Shown here: positions 11,401-23,403 of the stretch, piece after piece | How positions within the stretch are numbered: position 1 is the first letter of the stretch | How the letters are laid out: each line of letters begins with the position of its first letter | DNA from: Phaeosaccion multiseriatum | Taxonomy: Eukaryota; Protista; Ochrophyta, other classes | Direction of reading: 5' to 3' | DNA length: 64,000 bases | Assembly: GCA_965112735.1 (NCBI GenBank) | Contig: OZ218960.1 | Span: 1,612,001-1,676,000 of the forward strand | The notes under the pieces: model-generated | What the model was told of the DNA's origin: nothing | Seen by the model: the letters and a program-made list of their open reading frames with translations, nothing else | Database searches by the model: none | Program-made: the position numbers and the translations under genes

Positions 11401-14400
11401 CGGAGTCGTGGTTAGGGGTGGTCGTAGTGGTTGCGCTGCATAATTCCTGTGTATTTGTAGAGTCTCTACCTATTTACGTACAGCGCTTACTTTCCCCCCC
11501 TCACCTCTTTTTTTCCCTCCCTATTTCCCTATTTCCCTCCCTCCCCTTCCCCTCCCCACTCCCCCCCAGACCCCCTGTGACGTCACCCAGCCCGGTGGCT
11601 CCACCCTTGCTGGAGGCCCACCCAATGTTCCAAGGTTTCCGTGTGGGCATGCTCAAAGATGAGGCCCTCGTGCGTGTCTGCGGTCAGGTCAGTTTCAGTT
11701 TCAGACTCATTTCAAGTTCAGTTCAACATGTCGAACGTCACCCAATCGACCAATATGGATTCCAATCATGTATCACCGATGTCGACACCACATGGCGGTC
11801 TGACCCCCCGCACGGGCAGGGCAGGCAAAAGCTACGGCGCTGAAACCAAGTAGCGGGGAGCCAGTGGTTGGAGTCTACTAAACTGAAACTAAAACCCAAG
11901 GTCGATACCCATATAATTATTATACGTCGATCCGCAGGTGCTGGCCCAGACCATTCACAAGACCCCGGGGAGGAGCAGTGAGACTCTTCTGGTGCGAGCT
12001 TTGCACCTGCTGACCCTCGCCGTGCACGTCTTTGGTGGGAGTCACAAGACAACGATGGATGGCAGCAGCATGACAGCGGCAGATGGTGCTACAGCAGAGG
12101 GTGGTACTGCAGATGCTACAGATGGCGAGAGAGGAGGAGGAAGAGGAGGAGGAGGAGGAGGAGGAGGAGGAGGAGGAGGAGGAGGAGGAGGACAAGAGGC
12201 GAAGGAAGATTTCTGTAACGCCATGTTAAAACCTCTCGTCTTGCTCGATACGGCCACAGCAGCAGCGGCGGCTGCAGCAGCTGCTGCAGTTGGTGGTACA
12301 GGAGAGGCAGTCAAAGGAGGAGGAGGAGGAGGAGGAGGAGGAGGAGGAGGAGGAGGAGGAGAAGAAGGAGAAGGAGCAGGAGCAGGAGCAGCAGCAGCAG
12401 CAGCAGCGGCGGCAGCAGCAGTCGCAGCAGCAGGAGGACGACGAGGAGGAGGAGGAGGAAGAGGAGGAGGAGGAGGAGGAGGAGGACAAGAAGGAGGAGG
12501 GAAAGCAGGCCCTACGGCTGCCAAACCCAACCCCCTCCGCACAACACTAAGCCTTCTTCTGGAGCTGCGGGCATGCGAGGCGTTTCAAAGCAGTGAGGAC
12601 AGTCTCGTTCGGTTCGGCGTGGAGTGGCTCCTGGGGCGACTTCAGCAGATGAGTGAGGCGTGTCGAGCGATTGTTGTGGGGTATGAGCAGGAGCAGAAGG
12701 AGGAGGCGGCAAGAAGCCAACACCGCCTGACAAGGAGGGCGCAGGGGCAGGGGGGTGAGGAGGGGGGAGATGGAGAGGGAGGAGGAGGAGGAGGAGGAGG
12801 AGGAGGAGGAGGAGGAGGAGGAGGAGGAGGAGGGCTGGAGGCGCGGAAGCTGGCTGCCAGGCAACGCGCTCTGTCCGCCATGGAAGCGAAGGCGAAGAAC
12901 TTTGCTCTGCAGGTGTGTATTTGCGTGTGTGTACGTGTGTGTGTGTCAGGTGTAAGGTACAAGGTGTCAGGTGTCAGTGTCACGCATCGGTCTGTCTTTC
13001 CTCCACATGGAGAGAGGGTGCGACTAGTTGTCTTACTGACTGGGTGGTTGTTGACTTACTGACTGACTGGATGTTTGTTGACTTCCGACTGACTGGGTGT
13101 TTGTTGACTTACCGGCTGACTGAGTATTTGTCACTTCCCGACTGACTGGTCAAGCTGACAGTGTAGTGGCTCCTTTGTTCTCTGCGCCCTGCCTAACTCG
13201 CGTGAACATGTATGTCCGTTGCTTCCTCCTGCGCTACCTACCTACCTACCCTCCTCCCTACCTCCTTCCCACCTACCTACTTACCTACCTACCTATCTAC
13301 GTACCTACGTACCTACTTATCTTCCTTCCTACCTACCTACTTACCTGCCTACCTACCTACCTACCTACCTACCTACCTACCTACCCACCTACCTACCTAC
13401 CTCCCTTCCTCCCTCTCTGCCGACCTATCTATCTACTGTATCCCCGAGTAGATGGAAGCCCTGGGTGATGACAGCGAGGAGGAGGACGAGGACGAGAAGG
13501 AGGAGAAGGACGAAGAGGACGGCCAGTTGGGTCAGGATGAGGGAAGGGTTTGGGAAAACGGCGTGTGGAGAACATTGGACGCGGATGATGCGATGAAAGG
13601 AGGAGGGGAGAGCAAGGGCAAGGGCAAGGTCAAGGTCGGTACCACTGGCAAGGGAGTGGGTGTGGGGCAAGCAAGCTCGTCGCACGCGCACGCACGCACT
13701 CACGCACGCCATCGAAGGCAGCCCTTACCCGAGTGTATAGTGTGTAGGGAAGAGAGTGACAAGGCATTAGGCTATGTGGGCTTTGGGCAGCTCTCGTCTA
13801 CGCTGGTGACCAACAAGGGGGGCAAGCAGATATGCGAGTCGGCAGTGAGTGGTGATGCGGGGGGTGTTATGGCAGCAATAGCAGCGGCGGGTGGTGGTGA
13901 TGATGCAGCGGTTGGTGATACAGCGGCAGGGACAGTGACAGCAACCACCACTTCTGGGGAGGGGCAAGGACAAGACCTGTCGCAACAACATGGTTCAGGC
14001 CAAACAGGGCAGGGGGAGGGAGGGGGAGAAGAAAAAGAAGGGGGAGAGGGAGGAGGAGAAGGAGGGCAGGGGCAAGGACAAGGCAGTCACGAGGAGGCAG
14101 GGATGGAGGCAGGCCAGACTCAGGAGAGGGCGAGAGAGGCTTGGACCAAGAAAACGGGGGGCGAGGGGGTGGCGAAGGAACAACAGCGGTACCAGCGCAA
14201 GCCCTTCAGACAAGTGCATCTTCAGTTCTGCGGCCACGCTCTGCACTATGCCTGCTTCGACCAGGTGGGTGGGTAGTCAGTCAATGGGTGGGTGGGTGCG
14301 TGGGCGGGTGGGTGGGTGCGGGTGGGTGACCAGAGTAGGGTAGGGTAGAGGTGTATGGGTGGCCAGAGTAAGGTAGAGGTGTGTAGGTAGGCAGGGTAGA

Positions 14401-17400
14401 GGTCTTCCTGCCTTACTCTCTCTGTGTCTCACTCTCTCCCTCCCTCCCGCCCGCCCTCTCTCCCTCTCCCCCCCCCTCCCCTGCCCCCTCCCTCCCTCCC
14501 ACTTTCCCACTCCCTTCCTCTCCTCTCCTCTCCTCCCCTCCCTGGCTCCCTCCCTCCCTCCAGTACTTCCTGACGGTTGTGCAAAGTTCTGAGAATCAGA
14601 ACCACGTGGCACTGGACACACGCGTCGGAGAGTTCCGCTGCCCAATGTGCAAGTCACTCAGCAACCTTCTTGCCCCTCATGTGGAGGCCCAAGCACTGTC
14701 AAACGTAGCAGCAGTTGGTGATACAGCAGTAGCAGTTGGTGATACAGCAGCAGCAGTAGCAGACATGGAAGTGGTGGATGGCAGCCAATGGATGGAGGAC
14801 AGTCATCCTCAGCAGCAGCAGCAGCGGCCAGTTAAGCAGAGGAAGCGGCAACGGAAGTGGACGGAGTGCCTTTCGCTGCTACGGCCTGTGCTGGCGGTTC
14901 AAACTGAAGCTGGTACCGACAGAGCTGAGGCAGGGGCAGGGGCAGGGGCACGGTCGGAATCGGAACAGCAGCTCAAGTGGGCGGATGAAGATGCTGCGGC
15001 AAGGGCAGTGGAGGAGCTGGAGGAAGCAGAGGCGTCTGTGAGGTCGCGCAAGCGATCAGCAGAGGAGGCGGAGAGGGAGTATGAGGAACAGGTACAACTT
15101 GTAAAGAAGGAACTGGAAGAGCTCGAGCAAGAGGAGGATGGGGAGGCAACGGAGAAAGAAGCAGAGCAGGAGGCGGCGGTGCAAGCACGAGCAGCAGCGG
15201 CAGGGGCAGCGGCAGGGGCAGCGGCAGGGGCGGCGGCAGGGGCAGCAGGCGGTGATGGCGCAGCAGTGGCGGCGGCGGCAGCAGCGGCGGAAGCAGCAGA
15301 GGAAGGGGGCTGGGGGAGGGGGGGCACAGAGAGTAGAAGGGAGAGAAGGAGGGCAGAACGCTTGTCCGACCGTACCTACGGCCTTAGACAAGTGATGGGT
15401 GAGACGTCTTCGGCGTTGAGCTACGCGGTGAAGGAGGCCAAGGATGTGCGGGAAGCGACGGCAGTGTTGCGGGCGAGAGCCGTGCGACGTGACGAGTTGT
15501 GGGCCGCCTCCCAGCGATTCTTGCAGACCCTCCACTCCATCTCCACCAACTTCGCCTCGACCCCCACGACGCTCTCCGCCCCCATCAGCGGTGGGGATAG
15601 GAGCAGCAGCAGTTGGTCCTACAGCGCCAGCACGCAGGTGGCAGCAGACGGCACCGTGCTTACAAATGGCATTGATTTGTCCCCTGTTACCGCCTTCACT
15701 GAGGCCAGCAACGCCGTGGGGTACTCGCTGTGCTGCCTGGTGTCAGACACCGATGCGGGGGCGCGTCTCGCCATGCCGCTGCTGCAGAGACTGCAAACAA
15801 GGGGCTCGCAGGGACCTGCTCTCTCTGCCTCTGCCGCTGAGGTCTCTGTGTTGTCTCTACTGCCCGGTGAGCTCCAGGGGTGTTTGCCTCATTTGGCGTT
15901 GGTGATGCGGGCGTTGCAAGTCACCGCTGGCGACGAGCGCCTCTCCTGGGACCTCCGCAGCGGCTTGGAGGGCATGCTGATGGGAGAGAAGGGATGGGTC
16001 CTGCATGGGCCTGGGCCGGAGGCTGAGGCGGGGGCAGCGGTCGAGGGTGCCAAGAAGGAGGATGCCACGGAGGGTGCCAAGGGCAGCCCGACCGAGGTGA
16101 GGAGGGGTGGGGGCGGGGTGGAGTGTGGGTATATGGTGGGGGTGGTGGTTAGGAGGGGGGGGATGGGGGTGGGAGTGGGGTTGGGGGCCCTTCGTCCTTC
16201 TTTGTAGTTCAACAAAGTTCTTCCCTTCCCTTCCCCTCCCCTCCCTTAAACCACCTTCCTCATCGTCACATCTTTCTTCGGTCCTTCGGTGCCTTCCCTT
16301 CCCTTCCCCTGCCCACCCTTCTCACCATCGCTGTCTTCTTTTTCCTACCCGCCTTTTCCTTCTCCATCCTCCCTCCCTCCCTCACCCCCTCCTGCCTCCC
16401 TCCTTCCCTCCCTCCCTCCATCCCTCCATCCCTCCCTCCGTCCATCCATCCATCCATCCATCCATCCCTCCCCCCCTCCCTCCCTGCCTTCCTCCCTCTG
16501 GAGTATAGAAGAGGAAAGAGGAGTGGTTGCTGCGAGGTCCAATGCTCTTTGAGAGCGCATTCAACGGCCTTGTCATCTTCGCCACTCTGGCGCCCCGACC
16601 GAGCGAGGTCAAGGCGGCAGTGAAGGTGTTTGCGCTGGTGAGGCTGCTGCAAGTGATGCTTGCCTACCACGTTCAGGCAAGGGAGGAGGTGCCTGCCGTG
16701 GTGGGAGGAGGAAAGGGGATAGGAGGGAGAGGAGGGAGAGGAAGAGGAGGAGCGGCAGGAGAAGGAGGAGGAGGAGGAGGAGGAGGAGGAGGAGGAGGAG
16801 GAGGAGGAAGAGGAGGAGGAGGAGGAGGAGGAGGAGGAGGAGGAGGAGGAGGAGGAGAAGGAGGAGGCAAAGTGTCGCCGATGGGCACCCAGTCAGATCA
16901 AGAACAACACGAGGTGCAGCAGCAGCAGCCAGTGTCCAAAGAGGATGTATTACGGGTTTTGCACTTACCCTCTGCATTCGGGGGGGGGGAGGATGACTGC
17001 TTCGAAATGCATCGCAGTCTCACGAGCGAACCAGTTCAGGGGGTAGTGTTGTCTGGACGGAATGGTGGAGGAGGAGCCGCAGCAGCAGGAGGAGGAGGAG
17101 GAGGAGCGAGAGGAAAAGGAGCAGGAGGGGCGGTGGGAGTAGGAGGAGCTGAAGGAGGAGGAGGCGGGGCCGAAGACCCCTTCGGTGGGCAGGCGTCGAA
17201 GTACCTTGAAGCTTTCCTGCAGGCTTCGGTCTTCCTTCTGCACTGTTGTGAGCTGGCGGGTAGTGGAGGACAAGGAGGGGGAGGAGGAGGAGGAGGAGGA
17301 GGAGGAGGAGGAGGAGGAGGAGGAGGAGCCGGAGGAGGAGGAGGAGGAGGAGGAGGAGGAGGAGCAGAAGGAGGAGGAGGAGGAGGAGGAGGAGGAGGAG

Positions 17401-18026
17401 GAGGAGGAGGAGCCGGAGGAGGGAGAGACGACTTCCAAGCGCTTTGCACCTTCTTCGACTTCCCGAGGTGTGTATGGTATAGCATTGTGTGTCTGTACAC
17501 CCAACTGCTGCACTTGCTTTGGTTCTTTCTGCTCTTGCTTTTGTCATCCGTATTCCCAACTGCTTTCTCTGTCCCCTCTATCGTCTGTCCTGCCTGTGCC
17601 GTCTCCCCTCTCTTGTGTGGCCTCTCTCTCCGCGCTCCGCTCCCCTGCCCTCTCTCCTTCCCCCTCCCCTCCCCCCTCTCGTCCCTGCACACAGCTGCAC
17701 TGCTGAGCTTGTGAAGGATGAAGACGCTGTTGCATTGGCTCAGCTGCTGCTCGCTCAGGCCCTGGGTATGTGGGAGCCGGTCAACACTGCTCCTACTGCT
17801 ACTACTCCTTCTACCACTACTACTACCATTTCTCCTACGGCTGCTGCTCCCTCTGCGGCGCCTGCTCCTACTCTCGAGGCGCTGCACGTGTTGGGGATAC
17901 CTCACACGCAGTCGCCATCTGCCGATGCAGGTGAGAGGGTGAATTGCTTGCCTTCCCTCACGCACGCACACACACACGCGCACACACATACACATACACA
18001 AACACGAACTAACACACACGACCACA

Positions 18027-18084
<58 letters not shown>

Positions 18085-19079
18085 TCGGTGGTGCGAGAGC
18101 TGCTGTGTATGTGCTTTGTGCCAACCCTCCTCGTGTGTTATTGGGTGTTATCTGTAAACCGTCCTCCCCGTCTCCCCTCCTATCCGCCTCCCAAACATAC
18201 TTACCATACTTACTTGCTTTTTTCCCCCCAACCCTGCCTCGACCACTGCGAATCCCAACCCTTTGAACCCTCTGCGTCTCGGCCTCCAAGCACTCACAGA
18301 TACGATTGCGCAGCTGGAGCAGCGGCAGCTGCAGCTGCAGCAATTTGTGGAGGAACAGAGGCAGTTGGTGATACAGCGGGAACAAGAGGTCTCCTCCCTT
18401 TCCTCCACGATGAGTCACCGCCTCAGCCAGCGCCTGTTCGACTCCCCCATCCCCGTGCATGTGGACCTCTTACGCCTACCCCACTCCTACACTGAGCTTC
18501 ACGCGCAGCTGGGCAGCCGCATCGCTTCAGAGCACCCCGCCTTGTGCCTCGTGTGTGGCGAGGTGCTCAACGCACACGGAAGGTAGGAGGGAGGGAGGGA
18601 GGGAGGGAGGGAGGGAGGGAGGGAGGGAGGGAGGGATGTGGAGTGGGCTCACCCAACCCCTTCTCCTTGCGCTATCCTCATTTCCCCCCCTTTTTTTTCT
18701 TTTTCTTTTTTCTCTCTCTCTTTTCTCCCTTGTTGTACTCTTGCTGATGCTGCTGCTGTTATTGTTGTCACCACACACACACACACACAGCGGGGCTTGC
18801 ACGAAGCACGCCAAGACTTGCGGCATGGGAGTGGGTGTGGTGTTCCTGCTGCAGGAGTGTTTGATACTCTTCCTGCACAGCGGTAGGGCTTCTTACTTCC
18901 CCTCCCCCTATGTGGACGCATATGGAGAGCGCCACCGCAGCCTGAGGGGCAGGCCTCTCTTCCTCGATGAGCGGCGGTATGACATGGTACGCCATTTGTG
19001 GGTGAGGCACAGAGTACCACATGAGGTGGTGAAGACGAGGAGCACGGCCCGGCACGTTATTATGCGCAACTACTACTGA
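3118..19079 (+). CDS. UBR1/PRT6-type N-recognin E3 ubiquitin ligase, more than 20 exons
   Basis: UBR box [18 protein letters not shown]|[12 protein letters not shown]...[21 protein letters not shown] (about 3573-3909); ClpS-like LQNDDVH (about 4446); HVEYE (7638); SFHLHLHRF (about 8558); AGMWRRNG (about 9014); split RING CIVC...CGHALHYAC...[12 protein letters not shown] (13734-14665); C-terminal ALCLVCG...HAKTCG...[10 protein letters not shown]...RGRPLFL ending in TGA at 19079. Confidence 0.93.
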
Positions 19080-19586
19080 GAATCACAGGAAACAACCAAC
19101 ACGCCAAGCAAAAGGGTCTCCGGTGGCGCATGTAACTATTGACCGTGTGTGGGCGTGTGTGTATAAAAAATATATATATATATAATATATGTAATATATA
19201 CATATATGTACATCGATTGGAGCTATTGCCATGAGCATCGTCATGCTTGAGGAGAGCGAGGAGAAGGCAGAGCGGAAGGAACCCTTGTGGGACAGGGATG
19301 GCCAACCGCGGCTAGAACAACAACTACTACTACTACTCCTACTACTACTTTCTTTCTGCTCCTTTCTTTCTTTATATATAGCTCTGTGTTTTAGGGGAGG
19401 GCTGGGGGGTGGTGGGTGTGGAGAAACCCAATAAGGCACTAAGGTTTGGTAACCTTTTCTTCAACTCCCTCTCACTGTCATCACGCCATCGGGGGCTTAC
19501 AGATGTAAAAATTAGAGAGCCTACATGTACGCAAGAGGTTTGGAGGTGGGTGTCCACTATTTTATTTTTTCAACACTCGATTTGCG

Positions 19587-19814
19587 TAAGAATCGCCCAA
19601 ATCGCATATATTTTTTTTTAAAAACGGAACTCCGCAAAATGACGCTGCTGGGAGAAGCTGTATAGCTCATCGTGTAGCTCTTTGAGATGCCTACCATCTC
19701 TCTCTCTCTTTCACTCCTCCTTCCTTCCCTAGTTTTCAGCTTTTCCGCGGGAGCACTCCCCCTTGCCGCCCGATCCCTAAAAACGGGCGATTTGGGCGAT
19801 TTGGGCGATTCTTA
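19587..19814. mobile_element. Short MITE-like element or remnant bounded by a 19-bp inverted repeat
   Basis: TAAGAATCGCCCAAATCGC (19587-19605) and its exact reverse complement GCGATTTGGGCGATTCTTA (19796-19814), with a 10-bp subrepeat reiterated at the right end. Confidence 0.4.
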
Positions 19815-19973
19815 GCCACACAAAAAAAAAATGGCACTGACCTCGGTGTCTCGGTGGAGAGGAAGGAAGGAAGGTAAACCCCCATGTGGAGTCGGAGCCC
19901 CGCCCCCCTTTTGCCTCCCCCTTCTTAGCTCCGTGATACATACCTCCCCCTCTGAGCAAAGGTTACGCAAGGG

Positions 19974-20610
19974 AGTGAGTGAGTGAGTGAGTGAGTGAGT
20001 GAGTGAGTGAGTGAGTGAGTGAGTGAGTGAGTGAGGGAGTGAGTGAGTGAGTGAGTGAGTGAGTGAGTGAGGGAGTGAGTGAGTGAGTGAGTGAGTGAGT
20101 GAGTGAGTGAGTGAGTGTGTGAGTGAGTGAGTGAGTGAGTGAGTGAGTGAGTGAGTGAGTGAGTGAGTGAGTGAGTGAGTGAGTGAGTGAGTGAGTGAGT
20201 GAGTGAGTGAGTGAGTGTGTGAGTGAGTGAGTGAGTGAGTGAGTGAGTGAGTGAGTGAGTGAGTGAGTGAGTGAGTGAGTGAGTGAGTGAGTGAGTGAGT
20301 GAGTGAGTGAGTGAGTGAGTGAGTGAGTGAGTGAGTGAGTGAGTGAGTGAGTGAGTGAGTGAGTGAGTGAGTGAGTGAGTGAGTGCGTGAGTGATTTACG
20401 TGAGCGAGTGGGTGGGTGAGTGAGTGAGCGAGTGAGTGAGTGAGTGATTGAGTGTGTGAGTGAGTGAGTGGGAGAGTGAGTGGGTGGGTGAGTGAGTGGG
20501 TGGGTGAGTGAGTGGGTGAGTGGGTGGATGTGTGGGTGGGTGGGTGGGTGGGTGGATGCGTGGGTGGGTGGGTGGGTGGGTGCGTGGGTGCGTGCGTGCG
20601 TGGGTGGGTG
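19974..20610. repeat. (GTGA)n microsatellite of about 410 bp, decaying into (GTGG)n/(GTGC)n
   Basis: Seen directly in the sequence. Confidence 0.97.
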
Positions 20611-21271
20611 AATGCAGTGACGGTTGCGAGAGTCACTGCGTGACCGTTGCGTTGGTTGCGTAAGTGCGTGCGTAAGTGAACGAGTGAGTGGTAGCATGCC
20701 CGGGGCCCAGATGCGGTGGCACTCTCGCTTTTTCCGTTCGTGGTCCCCTGAATATAATTATTATACCCCTTGCCTGCTTCCACGTCCCAATTTTCCACTC
20801 TTTTCTCCACTCTCCAACGGCTTTCTGAAACACCCTTTCACACACCCTTTCACGCCACCCGCCCCTTGACAAGCCCTTCCACGAACCTTCCACGAAATGG
20901 CACGAAGGGTAATAAACAAAATAAGTGCACACATTAACGTTTTTTCAAATCTCGGGAAGAAGGCGTTGCTGGAACCCTTGTGCGAGAGCCAGCAAATCGA
21001 TGAAAATCCCGCAAAGTGGAAAAGAAGAGCCTTGACATTTCTCGTCAGCACGCCACAGTGTAATAAAAACAACCTGGATGCGAGGTACGGTGTGTGCTGC
21101 TGCGGTGCTGCTGGTGCTGTGTGCTGCCCCCCCTGCTGCTCTCTCTCTCATGTGTTTTGCTCCACTGCTAACTCTGTTTTCCGCGTGCTCTTTCGCCTCC
21201 GCCTCAGATAGTCCCGCCTTCACTCATTCCAAACTCTTCAGCGCAAAAGCAAACGCAAAGCAGCGGCGAGG

Positions 21272-21931
21272 ATGAGGAGCGCGCATCACACGAGCGGGAG
21301 CCGTAGCAGTAGCAGCAGTAGTCCCGTCAGCGTGGGTAGACGGCGGAGGCGGGTGGAACTCAAGTCATCACACGAGGACAGCAACACCTTGAGGGGACCC
21401 TCGCGCCGCCCGCAACCACGGCAGCGGGCAGAGCCGTGCTCGCTGGGGGACTTGGAGGCACATCTGAGGAAGCTGGAGCTTCGCGTTGGGGACGGGCAAG
21501 GCGATAGCAACCGCGAATGGGCGGCACGGAGGTGCGGGAGCGTCAACGACGGTGGGAACAGTTCTGCTTCTGTTTGCGGTAGCGATAGCAGCTGCAGCAG
21601 CAGTAGCAGCAGCAGCCGTAGCATTAGCAGTAGCAGCGTCAGTAGTAACAGCGGCAGTGAGAACAGCCCCTCCCAGGAGCAGTGCGCTCGGGCTATGCAG
21701 CTCATGCAGGAGGAGGAGGCCGCAGCAATAGAGTTGCGGCAGTACTTCGATGACGGAGCCTTTGATTGTTTCATGCACGAGGACATCCGTAGCGACGAGC
21801 TGGACATGTGGAAGGGGCTCAGCGGGGCCTCCACGAGCACCAACAGCAGCAGCGGCAGTAGCAGGAGCAGCGGTGGTCTCAAGTCGGAGTTGAATGATTA
21901 TGTATGGGGTGCATTCAATAGTTGGCAATAA
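21272..21931 (+). CDS. Hypothetical Ser-rich protein, apparently a single coding exon
   Basis: 219-aa ORF with non-repetitive helical segments (LGDLEAHLRKLEL; ELRQYFDDGAFDCFMHEDI; KSELNDYVWGAFNSWQ). A GT-AG intron-like segment at 21084-21208 may lie in the 5' UTR. Confidence 0.45.
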   Translation: MRSAHHTSGSRSSSSSSPVSVGRRRRRVELKSSHEDSNTLRGPSRRPQPRQRAEPCSLGDLEAHLRKLELRVGDGQGDSNREWAARRCGSVNDGGNSSASVCGSDSSCSSSSSSSRSISSSSVSSNSGSENSPSQEQCARAMQLMQEEEAAAIELRQYFDDGAFDCFMHEDIRSDELDMWKGLSGASTSTNSSSGSSRSSGGLKSELNDYVWGAFNSWQ

Positions 21932-22474
21932 GAACACGGCTCACAAGGCCTTTGTATATAATTTTTAACCACTCAGGAGGGGAGACAGCCTCCGCATCAG
22001 TAAATACACAATCATACCGTACTGCTGCCCTCCTACATCCCTTCATTGTCTTTATTACTACGACTCCTGCGAAAAACCTTATTTCCGTTCTTCATCACAG
22101 ATTAATTTTTTAACTCAATTGGCCCTTCTCCCATAAAATGTGCCAACCAACGGCCTCCTCGAGTAAGAGCTTGGAGGACAGGGCGTGGGCATAGCCAGGG
22201 CGGCAGGGCGGAGGGGCAGATCGCAGCAAGCGGAGGCCCAGGCAAGCACCGCCAAGAGGAGCGGCAACCCTCAACGTACAGCTTGGCTTCCAAAAAGCCG
22301 CGGGAGGGAAAAGAAACGTCGAAACCAAAACCAGTCGAAGGGGATCCGAAGGGGCCACAAAAATGAAACGCTCCACACAGGGTACACCCCGACAAGTGCT
22401 CGCGGTGTAACGAAAACCCTTGTAGTGGGAACAGGAGGAGAGTCTATCATCCACCCGCTCCACGGGGGAGGAGT

Positions 22475-23370
22475 ATGGTGATGGACGAAGGCACCCAGCA
22501 GGTATGCATCCCCCCTTCAGAGGGGGGGGGGAGGGCAAGCAACGGACACTTCTGTCTTCCCATTCTGTTCGATCTGTCACCCCTCCGCTTTCTAGACAAA
22601 TCTCCAACAATCAATCTTGACCTCGCAGATGCTTCGCACGCTGCTGGGAGAGCAACTGCGAAGGGGCGACGCATATGCGGCTCGCATCCCGACACTGGAG
22701 GAGGAGGTCTTGCGCCTTGAGAAGGTGAGGGGGGAGGGAGGGAGGGAGGGAGGGAGGGAGGGAGGGAGGGAGGGAGGGAGGAAGGGGAGGGGGGCTTAGG
22801 GCCAGAGGGACGTCCCCAAGAGACTCTACGCTCATTTGTTTCCTCTTCTACCTCGCGTCCTGAGAAGGAGAACCAGGAGCTTCAAGTGGACAAGAAGAGG
22901 TTGCTGCACACACAGCACAGGTAAGATGGAGGGGCAGGGCAGGGCAGGGCCGGGCCGGGCAGAAAATTCGTAGAGGACTGTGATATCTATCGTAAGTCGA
23001 CAGAAAAAAATAGGCTTTCGCTTACCACTATCAGCGACACATCTGCTTCGCTCCCGAGATCCTGCTGGATCCTCCGTCCTCTCTTCTTCGCTGCTGAGCC
23101 CCTCTCTCTCTCCCTCCTGCTCGTGTGGTGCTTCTCTGCTGCGGCTACTGCTCGGCTGTGCTGTAGGCTTAAAGGAGGACAAATAACTGGAACCCCGGCC
23201 ATGTTCCAGAGGCTTGTAAGTGAGAAGAGAGAAGCAGCGAAGGCCAGGCGAGCAGCCGAGGAGGAGATCAGGGAAGGAAACGCCCTCCGAGAGCAGCTGG
23301 AAGAGAAGGTGTGTGGGTGACAGTTCATCGTTATCTTGATTACATGCCATTTTTTGGTGTTGTTATTGTT

Positions 23371-23403
<33 letters not shown>

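Noticed and set aside
13734-14665. Large insertion splitting the RING domain
   Set aside because: Long insertions between the first CxxC and CGH are normal for UBR1-family RINGs.
3628-18790. Introner-type (transposon-derived, near-identical) introns
   Set aside because: Whole introns are not similar to one another and no shared terminal repeats or target-site duplications were seen at splice sites; only short internal modules are shared.
19812-20810. Long THSL-repeat ORFs, and the similar REGG/PPSL ORFs at 49279-50499
   Set aside because: Stop-free frames of tetranucleotide microsatellites.
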